A DNA stretch of 64,000 bases, from the NCBI GenBank assembly GCA_964016885.1, contig OZ024743.1, positions 146,816,001-146,880,000 on the forward strand, given 5' to 3'. Positions 27,294 to 40,553 of this stretch are shown here, one piece after another (the stretch's first letter is position 1; every line of letters begins with the position of its first letter). The stretch comes from Eledone cirrhosa (Eukaryota). Made by a program: the position numbers and the translations under genes. The notes under the pieces were generated by a model. That model saw nothing but the letters and a program-made list of their open reading frames with translations, ran no database searches and was not told where the DNA came from.

Positions 27294-27369
<76 letters not shown>

Positions 27370-28406
27370 GATTAACAGGTGATAAATTGCATACAAAAAT
27401 CTATGATACATAGATGATGTTCACTTGTTACATACATACACATTTTCCACACAATCATGTATATGTAGCTGCAAACATACACAACCAAAAAGATATATTT
27501 ATTGTTGTTCTCATGCAATCAGAGTCACAAATATACGTATAATCACACGTGTTTTAATATGAGCATTTTGTGTATTTGTGTGTGATGAGAAGTGAGCTGT
27601 CGGAAAACATGAACAAGCAACATGAATGATAAAATGAATTTTTCTAATTCTCTCTTAAGAAAAATGCTCATAAATATATCCACCTCAAGTTTGTATATGT
27701 ATGTGTGAGTATATGTTGTGTGTGTGTGAGTGTTTATGCATATTGATTTGCCTGTTAGTGTATACTTTTTTCTTTCTGAATTATTTACTGCTCCAATCTG
27801 TGGAGAAAAGAGTAAAAAATATAAATAAATATAAAAGATAACTTTGTGGCAAAACCTTTTAAAATATGAAATAAAAATTCTAATGTTACATATGTAAATC
27901 CTGACAGTTGCTGGGGAAGTGTTTCTGTTTGGTGCTAAGATGGACGTCCAGCTGTGAAAGCTTTTGCTTAATTATACATACCCTGGTTGGCAAAATAATA
28001 CTTCTCTCTCAAACATATATTGTGGTTGATGATAGACTTGGAACAAAATCTCAGCTCCTTCTCTTTAAATGAAACAATATACAACTTTATACTTTAAAAA
28101 TATGTTGTACAATGAATGAAATTAGTATCCAGTATTTTGTAAAGCGACTAGCTAGTTTTAATCTGATGAATTGTTCTGATAACAGAGGTCAATCATCGTT
28201 TATTCTGAAATTACAACATCTGAAATCCCTAAGCACCACAAATATAAAATTAAAAAAGCAGAAAGTTATTGCAAAGGTGTCAAGCATCACATTATCAGCT
28301 GCAAGGAAAGACCTCACCCCCCCCCCCCCTAGGTTTGCTTGCCTAGCAAGCCTTCTTAATTGGGCATCAGTTTATTGTCAGAATCCTTAGCAGCATTATT
28401 TTTCTT

Positions 28407-28592
28407 GTGGATTGGCAGTATCGGTAGAGGGTCGGACGCCATCCTTTCCAGCATAGTTACGTCCCTTTACAATCTGAGTTCAAATCCCGCCGAGGTTGAC
28501 TTTGCCTTTCATCCTCACGGGGTCGATAAAATAAAGTACCAGTAATGCACTGGGTATTTGCTGGCCTTGTGCCTAAAGTAGAAACAATTATT
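28407..28592 (+). mobile_element. SINE family A
   Basis: Near-identical to 19869-20062. Confidence 0.88.
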
Positions 28593-29029
28593 TTTCTTCT
28601 CTACTCTGTTGGTTGAAAATGCTTTAAAGGCCTACAGATATCCAAGTAATAAGGAAAAGAAGTAGAAGAACCATTTAATTTGTATTAGTATTATATAAAT
28701 TTTTTTCATTTTACGTCTGCTTTTTCCCTGCTTGCAAGGGTGGGACAAAAAGATTAATTGGGCACATTAGACATGTCTCCAAGCAAGGATTGAACCCGAG
28801 TCCTGGATTGAGGTTACAGACAAGGACCTCACCATCTCTGGTACTTCCCACTAAGCCACGAAGACTGCAATTTCAAAATTAAATAGAAAATGAAATCCAA
28901 AGTATTTCCTTTCTCAAGCATTTCCGATAAACAATGAACAATTTCTATAGGCATTTTAATATTTATTATTAACTTGAAATAATTATTCTTATGATAATCA
29001 TTATTCTTAAAAATCATGTGCATACTGCC

Positions 29030-30140
29030 AAGAGGTATATTTTGTTGTGTAGACTTCTAAAAGGCATATGACTGCATTCCGTGAACCTGTTGTGGAAGGT
29101 TCTGCAGGAGTATGGAATTGATGGTCAGCTTCGTGTTGCCCTGATGTCACTATATGAATGCCTGATTATTTGTGTGTGGATAAATTGTGTTAAATCGAAA
29201 CCATACAACATAGGAGTCAAACTCACACAAGGGTGCATACTGTCACCTCTCATGTTCATTATTTTCATGAACAGGATGGACATGCACAGCCAGGTTGGAA
29301 GTGGTATCATTACTGGCAGGTGTAGAATCTGTCAGTTGGAATTTTAGATGACATGGAATTACTTAACTCGAGAGAAGGTGATCTCCAACTTGCACTTGAT
29401 AGGTTTGAGGCTGAGTGCTTCATGGCTGGAATAAAAATCAGCACTGCAAAAACTGAAAACCTCATCCTCTCATAGTGTACTGTACATGTGAATTGAGTTC
29501 GACTGAAGCAGGTGGAGAAGTTCAAGTATCTTGCAGCTGTGTTCATGAGTGATGGAAGGTAGAAGGCTGAATTAAGTGCAAGAAATGCTGGAGGTGGTGC
29601 AGCAATTCATCAGATTTAGCATTCAGCAATTAAAAGAACGGAGGTAGGTGTAAAAGCCAAACTCATTATCTTCAATTCTGTATTCATGCCAATCCTCACC
29701 TATGGTCATGAATCTTGGGTAATGACTGAAAGCATACCATCACGAATACAAGTGGCCAAAATGGGGTTCCTGTGAAGGATTTTTGGAGTAATGTTCCTCA
29801 ATAGAGTGCATAGCTCAGAGATAAGAAAATCGCTCCAGGCAGAGCTACTACTTCTCCAAATTGAGAGATTGCAGCTCTGATACTATGTGCATGTGCTTAG
29901 AATGTCTCAGGAAAGAATTGCTGGACAGATTTTATGGGCAAAACCAACTGGCAGGAGATGCAGAGGTAAGCCCCAAGCAAGATGGTTGGATAACATCTAT
30001 AAGCTCAGCTGGTCTCACTTGGGAATCCAGTTGGATCAGTTGGAAACTGTTGCTTCTGATAGGACCTGCTAGAAGGACTGTTTGAGGGCTCAGCTCCCAC
30101 AACCTTCTCAAGAATAAGTGGGCAAAGACAATGATAATAC
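29030..30140 (+). mobile_element. RTE-group LINE fragment, a second and older family
   Basis: VDF*KAYD, LWKVLQEYG, QGCILSPLMFIIFM, QVEKFKYL, PILTYGHESW, GRRCRGKPQARWLD. Confidence 0.8.
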
Positions 30141-30394
30141 CGCTTTTGTAGAATTACTGATCTGTTAAGATTTCAGTTAATCTATGCTTGCTACAAATGC
30201 TTCAACTAAAATCTTGAATTTGATGACATATATTGTTGTCTTGAAAATTATTTACTATTTTTACCAGCTCTGATTAAAATAAAAAAAAAGAAATATAAAG
30301 TTTATCTTTTATTTATACAGCCATTGTCCAGTCTCTGTGTCTTTAGATTAAAGTATGGCATAATTATCTTGTATTTATTCATCCATGAAATCAT

Positions 30395-30720
30395 AAGTAC
30401 CCAGTCCACACTGTAAAGTAGTTGTGTTGGTGACATGATATAAATCATCCAGTCGATCCAATAAGGTGGTTATGCTGGTGTCATGTCCAAATGTGCCCAG
30501 TGCACGCTGTGAAGAGGTCATTTTTGTGACACAATAAAAAGTACCCAATCCACACTGTAAATGTGGTTGGCATTAGGAAGGGCATCCAGCTGTAGTAACC
30601 AAGCCAGAAACAGTTCTGTAGGAGGAAGATGCGGTCATCTGACTAGACTTATCTCACATAGGACAATTTATCTAACCCATGTTATTGTGGAAAATGATGT
30701 TAAACAATGATGATAATGAA
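30395..30720 (+). mobile_element. RTE-tail non-autonomous element
   Basis: CACACTGTAAA repeats, TTAGGAAGGGCATCCAGCTGTAG and an (ATG)-type tail. Further copies at ~31625-31890 (-), ~36920-37087 (+) and ~60780-61120 (-). Confidence 0.65.
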
Positions 30721-31050
30721 TGAATGTTTCACTCTGAACTGAACCAGACCCTCTTGTATTTGTTCTTTGTGTTACAGTATTTTGAAATTTGAAAGAATCT
30801 AAGACCTTTGACTAGGTAAGCAATTTATTACTCTCCTTTTCTCTCTCTCTCTCTCACTCACTTTATCTCTCTCTCTCGCTCTCTTCATTTATATTTCACT
30901 TTTGTATATGTTCCATAATATTTTGTTAAAGTACAAGCTTATATTCAACTTTTATGCAATAAAAGTGGTGAAAAGAAAAGAATCAGTTGCACATTTGATA
31001 AAGTGTGATGTAGTGTTTAGTTATGGCTCTTTATATTTTGAGATCTAACC

Positions 31051-31543
31051 CAGTGGTTCTCAACTGGGGTTTGCATGAACCTTGGTGTCCATATAAGATT
31101 TTTTTGAGTTCATGCAAATAAAATAGTAAATTGGGATCAATGATGCTATTTTAGGGTCCATGAAAAAAACGTTTGCTTTAGACTTATTTATTACAAGAAA
31201 CTGTCTTAAGCATTAGAGAAAGAGATCTATTTATTTTGCTTCAATTAGTAGTGATGAAATAAAAATATAAAACAGATACTGAACAGAATTCTGTTGGCAT
31301 TTATAACTTATTTTACTACTGAACATTTGTTTTACTTAGAATTTAGTTGCTAAAGTTTATTTGTAATAAATCAGTTATATGCACTAGCATATATATATTT
31401 TTAAAATGATTTATACAATTCTTAATAATATTTCATTATAAAAATACAATGGAAAGTTTTAAACATTGAACGACTATGGAGGTCCACCAGAGTAAAATTG
31501 GAATCAAAGAAGTCCATAGATGAATAAAGGTTGAGAACCACTG
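31051..31543. mobile_element. hAT (Charlie-type) MITE
   Basis: Perfect 14-bp TIRs CAGTGGTTCTCAAC / GTTGAGAACCACTG and an 8-bp TSD ATCTAACC/ATCTAATC. Confidence 0.9.
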
Positions 31544-32944
31544 ATCTAATCTATCATAGTTGACTTTACATTTCATTTTGAGAGCCTTTATGCATGTCTT
31601 GTGCATTTCTTAGTATGCATGTATTATCATCATCACTGTTTAGTGACCATTTTTTCATGATAGCATGGGTTAGACGAGTTGTCCTGTTGTGAGCAATACC
31701 AGGTCAGGTGACCGTGTCTTACTCCTACAGAATTGATTTTGGCTTGGTTTCTACAGCTGGATGCCCTTCCTAACACCAACCATATTTTCAGTGAGTACTG
31801 GGTGCTTTTTGTTGTGACCCATACACGACCACTTTACAGTGTGGGCTTGGTGCTTTTTCTCGTGACACCTACATGACCACTTTACATTATATATCTTACG
31901 GGGTCGATATATCTCACGGGGTTGATAAAATAAAGTGCCAGTAATGCACTGGGTAATTGCTGGCCTTGTGTCTAAAGTAGAAACAATTATCTATGTATGT
32001 ATGTAAGTATATCTGTGTATGCATGTATATATGAGCATTTGGGAATGGATACATTTGCATATCTGAGTGTGGTGCTTTTGTTATTTAGCCCCAGGTCTGC
32101 TCTGATTGAGCTGACCTATGATCAATGGCCTTCCAGTCATGGCCATTGCTTCATTATTCAGGGTATATTATTCAAAGCATCATGCAATTCTTTATTAAAT
32201 AGCAGTAGGGCATGATTTGATGATAATTTGTCTGCTTTTTTCTAACACCTATAACTTACCACCTACAGACACATTTGTGTATGTGTTCATATGAACAGTC
32301 AACAGCAAGTTTTCTTCACACCACTTAATAGCTACTAAATGTTTATTAGTTCATTTCAAGAAAGTCTTAACTGATTCTCTGCAGTAAATATTTCTTTTAA
32401 CAGTTTTTCAGAAGCATGAAAGTGGAATTTGGTGTAAATTTGATAGAAAAATTAAATTACTTATTGACTTTATATTAAATACAATTCCCTCAGTTTATTC
32501 TCAGTTTATTCTTCACTAAATCACTAAACTGTTAACACCTTCTTCTCTTTCTGACATTCAATAACATTCACAAGACCAAGATATCATAGAAAATTAATTG
32601 CCAAAATACACAACTTCCATTTGATAGAAACCCCTTAATTATGAGAAGTAAACTTGATTAATTTTTCTAACTACATGATGTAGTGTTTACAAATTATGTG
32701 ATACAATCAGGGTTACAGCTGCTTTGCTATATATTTGGCCAATCTTTGGATCAAATCTTGTGAAATTAGGTAAATTTATTGATTTGACAAATCAACATTT
32801 TTTTTTTCATTTATAATACCTTAATTTCATTTTTTTTTGTTGCTGTTGTTGCAGTTACTGCAATTACTGAAAGTGTCAGTCTGTTATTGGATTTATTTTA
32901 TTGCTGGATTTATTGTTGTTGTTGTTGTTGTTGATTATTTAAAG

Positions 32945-33258
32945 ATAGTAGATTAGCAGAATCATTAAGATGTTGGAAAAATACTTTGCAGCATATTTCT
33001 AGCTCTTTACTTTCTAAGTTCAAATCCCATTTAGGTCAACTTTACTTTCATCCTCATGGGGTCAATAAAATAAAGTACAAGTAATGCACTGGGCTCAGTT
33101 TAAGTGACTTTCTCCTTACTTTTAAATTGCTATATTGGTGGAGCATCAGACATCATAATTTGCAACATGTAGTTACGGCCATTTACGTTATGAGTTCAAA
33201 TCCCTCCAAGGTTAGCTTTGCCTTTCATCCTTACGAGGTCGATAAAATAAAGTACCAG
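32945..33258 (+). mobile_element. Two decayed SINE family A-related copies
   Basis: Two GTTCAAATCCC B boxes, each followed by CTTTCATCC...AAAATAAAGTAC. Confidence 0.7.
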
Positions 33259-33600
33259 TCACTTTAGGAAGGGCAATGAAAATAGATTTAAGCAGTTCCT
33301 TTGGAAACCTTCCTTTTTACATAAATTTCCGACATCGACTCCCTCATCATCCAAAGCTTCTAACATTTCAGCACAGACCTCATCTGGGCCGGCTGCTTCT
33401 CCTGTCTTTAGGGTTTGTAAAGCCCATTTAACCTCGGATTTGAGAATGGGCGGACCTGTTTCAATATTGCCTTGGGTGGCGTCTTCTGATATATGATAAT
33501 CAGAAAACAAATGGTGAATGTTCTCTTCCTAGTGGAGTGAGACATCTACGGACTCATAAAGAACACGGCCATCATTATCATTATTTTCAATTGTTATTCC
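33259..33600 (-). mobile_element. LINE RT N-terminal fragment
   Basis: GPPILKSEVKWALQTLKTGEAAGPDEVCAEMLEAL. Confidence 0.7.
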
Positions 33601-33706
33601 TAAGTTATACTGTTTAAAGAATTTGTACATACGTTCTTTTACTCTCTCCAAGGCCGAACTACGAAAGTTTTTGAAAGAGTGCATCGTCCCTATGTATACT
33701 TCCCCA

Positions 33707-33754
<48 letters not shown>

Positions 33755-34470
33755 GTGAAAGAGTGAAGAATAACATGGTCAGCTGTACAAAAAGGGCTTT
33801 ATTTACAGTATTAGCAATTGTTCATTGATCAGATGAGTCTAAAGGCCGCTAATCACTCGAAATTGCGTCACTCGATCTTAAATACAGTGTGTGTCTTTGA
33901 TTAAGTCATCGGAATACTGGAGGGTGCAACACATGGCATTGGTATTTATAGATACATCGAAGAATCAAGTGAATGAAAACAATAACACCAATAATAAAAG
34001 TATAAAGAAGTAAAAATGAAAATGATAAATACGATATATGATATGTAGTGTATTAAGTTTATAAATTGGCGAAATAAAATGCAAGAGGTACAATAAAATA
34101 TCAGTGTGTTAAATAAAAAATAAAAAGTAAGAGAGAAAGAGATAAAGAACAGGAGACAGAGATTAACAATAAGGATTCGAGGATGAGACATAAGGGACCA
34201 AGGACGAGGAAGCAGTAGATAGATAGATAGAGAATAGAAAGGAGAAGGGGCGATATATGGGTGATTAAGGTCTGGTAGACTGATTGTTTTATCTTAATGG
34301 AGGAGATGCAGCTATAGAGAGAGAGAGAGTGAAAGAAAGGTTGTGAGATTTATGATGTTGATTTAATGATCAGTTGGTCAGTTGACAGGTAATAACAATA
34401 TATATATATACTTACATGTCCAAATCTTCAATGAAAGAGTGAAAAACGTATATATATATATATATATATA

Positions 34471-35339
34471 TAATTGGAGGCTTCGTAAAATCGAATCGTT
34501 GGCGGTGTGCAAGCAAATTCGACCTACGATATGAATGAGTTAGCAAAGCACTCGACAAGGGTAGGTCCTTAGAGTAATAACATACGTTTAAATAGCTTGA
34601 CAAATTGAACATTGTGGCAGGCAAAATGTAACACACAATACCAAAGTAACGAAAGAACTAACAGGTTGAAAAAATACACCTGGACAAATCAAACGTTATA
34701 CGATTAAAGTGTTTCTATGAATCCGAAATCAAATATCAGACTTACGTAACTGGCAGGCTCGTGTTATTCATGATCGAACAGAGGACTCATTTCATCAACA
34801 GGAATTTCAAAGAACGGGAAGAACACTAAATGGTGCTGCTAGCAGCAGCGATTCGAACATTTAGTTGTCACGTGTTATTTCCAACAAGGGAAATAACCCC
34901 CAGTTTTTGGCGGGTCATTCAAATTGTTAGACAAAGGAAATATTATAATTTCCGCTAACATTCAGAATAAGCTCTCAACCAGATGTTATTAAACAAACAC
35001 AAATAATTAACCAATCAACAGAATTATCTAATTAAATTAATTAGTTAATTATTAAATCTAGGAGAAAATAATATAATTGGAGGCTTAGTAAAATCGAATC
35101 TTTGGCGGTGTGCAAGCAAATTCGACCTACGATATGAATGAGTTAGCAAAGCACTCGACAAGGGTAGGTCCTTAGAGTAATAACATACGTTTAAATAGCT
35201 TGACAAATTGAACATTGTGGCAGGCAAAATCTAACACACAATACCAAAGTAACGAAAGAACTAACAGGTTAAAAAAATACACCTGGACAAATCAAACGTT
35301 ATACGTTTAAAGTGTTTCTATGAATCCGAAATCAAATAT
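34471..35339. repeat. Two ~266-bp direct repeats, period 603 bp
   Basis: 34471-34736 and 35074-35339 are nearly identical and are flanked by TA runs. Confidence 0.9.
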
Positions 35340-35518
35340 TAAATATATATATAAATACTCTGTGAGATTGTAACACTACTGTGATTGGAAATTTACCTAT
35401 TGGATTAAACCTTGAACTGTTATTTCTCAATCTTGCTGTGGACAATAAAATCACATTGAATTTTAAAAGTATTCTTTGCCTTTATATGGTTGTATTATCA
35501 ACTCATTTAAACTTGCTC

Positions 35519-35565
<47 letters not shown>

Positions 35566-35974
35566 GGAGAGATGAACCTTAGCCTTTGTCAAGGCAGAAT
35601 TCTAGGAGAAGGAAAACTCTGATATAACACCTGCAACCCTGATGGTATCCACAATGATGTTGACTTGTTCTTCTTTTTGGTAAATATCATCTTGGTTAAG
35701 AGAGTGGGACTGGCTTTGTGCAGTGCCTTTGCTCACTATAAAAGCTTCACGGCACAGGCATTGATTTATATCTGGAGATCTCTCTGCACTTGTCATCACA
35801 TGGTACCATGGGCCCAGCACTATGTGTCAATAATTGTCACAAGTGTAGTATTTGTACCAGAGTTTTCAAGTCGCTGGCTGGACTAAAAAGTCACACTCGT
35901 TCAGCGCATCGGTAGGGGTTCTCTTACATGGATATAAAGTAGTGGCCGTACTCGGAAACGAGTTGACAGCCACC

Positions 35975-36006
<32 letters not shown>

Positions 36007-37083
36007 TAAATGATAATCAAAGAGTGTTTAATCTTTCAAATATTTAATAACTGACGATCGTTTCATCCTAATACAAGCCCAAATTCATTGGAGTTAATAA
36101 TAAAAGTTAAACACAAATATTTGGAGGATACATAATATGGGAGGTTAGATAAGCACAAGCATTAATATCTATATAAGGTAACTAAGGCAGAAAACCATAT
36201 GAAAAATAGCAGCAGATAGATGCAATGAAAAAAACCCACAAAAACATACGGTGAAAGATAAATGTCGTACAGTGAAAATATTATATATCATAAATAGTTA
36301 AGAAAGTTAATAATAGGAGACAGAGGAAAAACATGCATTTCAAATATATATATTTAAAAAGGTAAAATGCACGTGTAGCATAGCAATGGATTACAGACAG
36401 ATGCAAGACTATAAGTTCGACCACATAATTCAGTCATAATAACAATTTTTTCCCAAAACGTCCAAAGGAATTAATGTTGTGTGGAGTAAATAAATACAAA
36501 ATCAAGCCTTCAAAGTGAAAAAAGTGAAAAAAATCCAATATAGATGGAAGTATTATCAGTTAGGCACTCAAGACACATTGTCCAAGGCACCACATAGTTC
36601 AATTGAGGAGATAAAGTCATACACTATCAAGAGTACAAATCATCCAACTTAGCATAGAAAATGTAGTAGTTATACCTTATTTTTTTCAGTACCACTAGTA
36701 TCACTAATTATTTAAATGCATTTTTAAACCTAAAAGTTTATATGTTTAACTACCATATAGTGTCTATCAATCTTCACATACACCGTCACAGATCCCTTCT
36801 ATAACCACTACATTTTATTATAACCACCACATGACATTTAGGCAACTTAATAATACGTTGTTTCCACACCTTATTTCACAAGCATCACTTATCTTTACTT
36901 TTGGCTAATAATTTTATAACAACTGTAAATGAGGTTAACATTAGGAAGGGTATCCAGCTGTAGAAACCAAACCCAAATCAGTTCTGTATGAGCAAGACAT
37001 GGTCACCTGACCTAACATTGCTCACAACAGGACAACTCCTCTAACCCATGCTAGTGTGAAAAATGGACATAAAACGGTGATGA

Positions 37084-37121
<38 letters not shown>

Positions 37122-37144
37122 ATATATCTATAAATGTAGACACG

Positions 37145-37300
37145 AGCAGGTTGTGTGATTAAGGGTTGTTCGGTAACTACAAGGTTTTGAGTTCAGTCCC
37201 ACTGCATAGTACATTCGGCAAGTGTTTACTAAACCACTGGCTTATCAATCCAAAGTGATTGAAATTTCTAGATGTAAACTATGTAGAAAACCATAATATA
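37145..37300 (+). mobile_element. Decayed tRNA-derived SINE (family C)
   Basis: B-box-like GAGTTCAGTCCCACTGC followed by GGCAAGTGT and a TA tail. Confidence 0.5.
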
Positions 37301-37665
37301 TATATGTATATGTATATGATTACACTTGTGCATGTATCTTTGTCTTTAAATCTCCCCTTTCACACAGTTCAAACAGGTAGTGATGTTTGTTTACCATCTG
37401 CATAAACAATAGATCCTACAGCTTAGCTGTGTGGTAATGGTCAATAGTATATAAATACTATACTTATAAATAAGATATGAGTTAGCATTTGCCATAGAAT
37501 ACAGGGTGAAATAAGCTTTGTCAAACTCATACCATATATATATAATATATATATATAAACTTAAGAAAATAAACAAAGAGAAAACAAGACAACGAACAGA
37601 AATAAAACAAAATGAAAAACAATTTTTTAAACCTTAAAAAAAAAATAAAAAAAAATACAAACGAT

Positions 37666-37711
<46 letters not shown>

Positions 37712-38099
37712 TTCATCAGGTGGTAGACATGTGTTTTTTTTCTCGTCCACACAACCTCGAACTTAAGTTCAGTAGTTGATGTTGACTCTAATTTTTTCTC
37801 TCTCTTCGAGTTGCTCACACACATGTACTTCGGGTTTCCTTCTTCGGTTCGTTGTTTCCCGTTTTTTTCGCTGTTTTTTTCCTTGTTCTTCCCTTTTCCC
37901 TTCTGTTATGTATTTTTCTCCCCCCCCCCATAACTTCCTTTAGTTATTGACGCACTGGGGTGAGATATCTTGTCTTTAATGCGTAAACATATCCATGATC
38001 CCCAGCAGACAACTTATGAACGACATTTTCTCCCGCACATGCTTTCCTCTTATTTATAAGTACACCTTATCCAGTAACTACACATCCCCTGTTTCTTTT

Positions 38100-38169
<70 letters not shown>

Positions 38170-38174
<5 letters not shown>

Positions 38175-40342
38175 TAAAATAACAGATTAAAGTTTAAGCA
38201 AAGAATCGCTGCTTTCACCCTTAACGGGATCTTCTGAAACTGACAAAGTCAATCTGTAAACGCAGAATTGAATATTTTAAAAAACGTTGCAACCGGAGGA
38301 AGACAGGAAGACGATTCTTTGGTTCGTGGAAACGTTCCCTGGCAAAGAACGGGAAAAAACGAATATAATACGTCATTATTTGGAGCGGTGAAAAACAATT
38401 ACATGCAAAGACAGAACCACGTTTATGGTATAAAAGAAGTCGTAGACTAATATTCTGTTAGGTGGTTCATAGAGATGTTCTCTGGCAATGAACGAAAAAA
38501 ACGAAGGTAATACGTCATATGTGGAGCGTGGAGAACAATTGCACGCAAAGACAAAACCACGTAAATGGTATAGCTGAAGTCGTAGACTAAAATTCTAACT
38601 AGGAAACCGAATGATTCTCCGCTTTAGAGTTAAGAATAAAGTAAATAAAATACAGAGGTAATTGAAATTAAATAAGTACATACACGCATCCAAATACGTA
38701 CATATGCGAAAACACTCGCCATAGGTATACAAAAACACGCACATATAAATGTGTGTGTGTGTGTGTGTGCGTGTATACAAATAATTAAATAAACGTATAT
38801 AAATAAATAAATACGTATATAACAAGCGTACACACATACCTACATGTAAATACACAAATGTTCGGAGACTACGTCAACCAAGACACGAAGTACACATAAC
38901 ACACACCCTACATACGTACGAACCCGCATACTCGCACAGACGCAAAACTCACGTATACATATAACCAAAAGCATATGTACCAGAATAAATAAAATATACG
39001 CCATAACATATACAATCAAATATACGTACGAGAAAGTATACGTACCTTCACAAAACATACAGGTAATATATACTTACCTATGCAAATAAGTAATGGTATA
39101 AACATAAAATATACTTAGCTACCACATCAAGACGTAAATTATCCGCGTATTGTTCGTACTATCCGTTAGGGTATAATGTGGGGCTGTAATACAGGAAAGT
39201 TTTATGCAATTTATGTTTACAAGCGGAAATTGCCTCAGATTTTTTGTTTAAGATGTGGTCTGTGGCGGAGAGTATTTCCAGGGCCTCAGCGGCGCAGAGG
39301 TCACATGGTCTTTTATTTCCGTTATACGATCTAGCCCTAGCTAGGATCTCCCAGTGTAACTTATATTGGGTGTGGTTGTCTTTTAGACTCCAGATATAAG
39401 CTGAAAGTGACGTCATATTCCTTCTTAGAGGGTAACGAAAAGAATGGGTATGCATCTAAGGACGCTGCTTGAATCTATTGGCGGTTAACCCTATGTAGGC
39501 CCTACATTTGTAGACAATGTTACTAGAGAGGCATTTCCCGGATAGGGGGTAATCAACCCGATTCATACAATTACAGTTAGTACTAACTACAGGGTTGCGC
39601 GTGTTCCTACGGCTAGGTAATTTAGCTAAATTTTAAGCTGTGATGTTATGTGCAAGGTTAGAAGTCGTAGAGTAAGAAATTTTAATAGTATTTCTATTAA
39701 AAATTTTACTATATTTATGTGTAGGGGGAAAATGCTTCGTAATAAGGGATAGAAAGATCTTAGCTAATGGTGTGACCACCTCCATATTATATGGTGGGTT
39801 ATACCATATAATGCGTCGGGATCTATTTCTTCTAGGTCTATTCTCGTACTCTGTATATGCTACCTTATCGACAAATCCACTCCGAGCAAGAGCTTCATTG
39901 TAATATGTGGAATGGTCGTTGAAAATATGCTCGTTAGTAGATAGACGGGAAATCTTCAACGAAACGTTTCTTACCAGGTTCCTGGTTATGCTGGCAGGAT
40001 GGTTGGAATGCTTACTTATGTAATTAAGCGTATCATTCGGCTATCTATACGGGTAATACAAGCCATTCGATAAATTCAGGGTAACGTCGAGGTAATTAAC
40101 GACCGAGAGGTTGGCCTCAACCTGTATAGAGAGGTTGAAGCCTTTAAAGAATGCTGTGAGTTCTTTTCTGAACCTGTCGCAAGCACGAGGGCCGCACTTA
40201 GTCATGGTCAAAAGACCATCATCACGGTACAAACCACCGCCCACTTTGGGGAATTCGTCCTTGATAGAGAAAAGAAATATATTTGATATATATTTTCCTT
40301 ATCGAGCCCTCTTTGGATTTTAGTCTTCAAATTTATTATTAT

Positions 40343-40348
<6 letters not shown>
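38170..40348 (-). mobile_element. Second Penelope-like element, 5'-truncated, with a long 3' UTR and a short inverted terminus
   Basis: Minus fragments GGLYRDDGL, VNYLDVTLNL, RRIIWYNPPY, CNC..P..GKC, SLSAYIWSLKD and CDLC. 40270-40348 is the inverted family terminus (compare 53490-53570). Confidence 0.9.
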
Positions 40349-40436
<88 letters not shown>

Positions 40437-40517
40437 GGTAAACAGAAATAACAACACAATCGGTACAGTATATGGAATGGATATATTAGGTTAAGGTTTG
40501 ATATAGCAGGAAGAGGG

Positions 40518-40553
40518 TCTTAACGTTTCGGGCGCTAGTCCTTCATCAGAAGA
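40518..40553 (-). ncRNA. Minimal hammerhead ribozyme
   Basis: Minus strand reads TCTT-CTGATGA-AGGACTAGCGCCC-GAAACGTT-AAGA. Helix I is TCTT/AAGA, with palindrome AACGTT. Confidence 0.68.

Larger units (their letters stand above)
25086..27298 (-). mobile_element. Penelope-like retroelement (RT + GIY-YIG), 5'-truncated, with an inverted copy of its 3' end
   Basis: Minus-strand fragments QFDIVYFYSSI, FDVSMGSFD, GIYRDDGL, CSCRKPEACP, YVGMTEGRFKERFLNH and CGLC. 26795-27298 is the reverse complement of 25086-25570. Confidence 0.92.

Noticed and set aside
33825-33878. CAGATGAG...CTCGAAA..GTC hammerhead-like motif
   Set aside because: Non-canonical core with no convincing helix I or helix III.
39159-40244. 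Selenocysteine recoding in the Penelope ORF, as reported for some Naiad elements
   Set aside because: No TGA at the Cys positions I could read. The stops look like decay.
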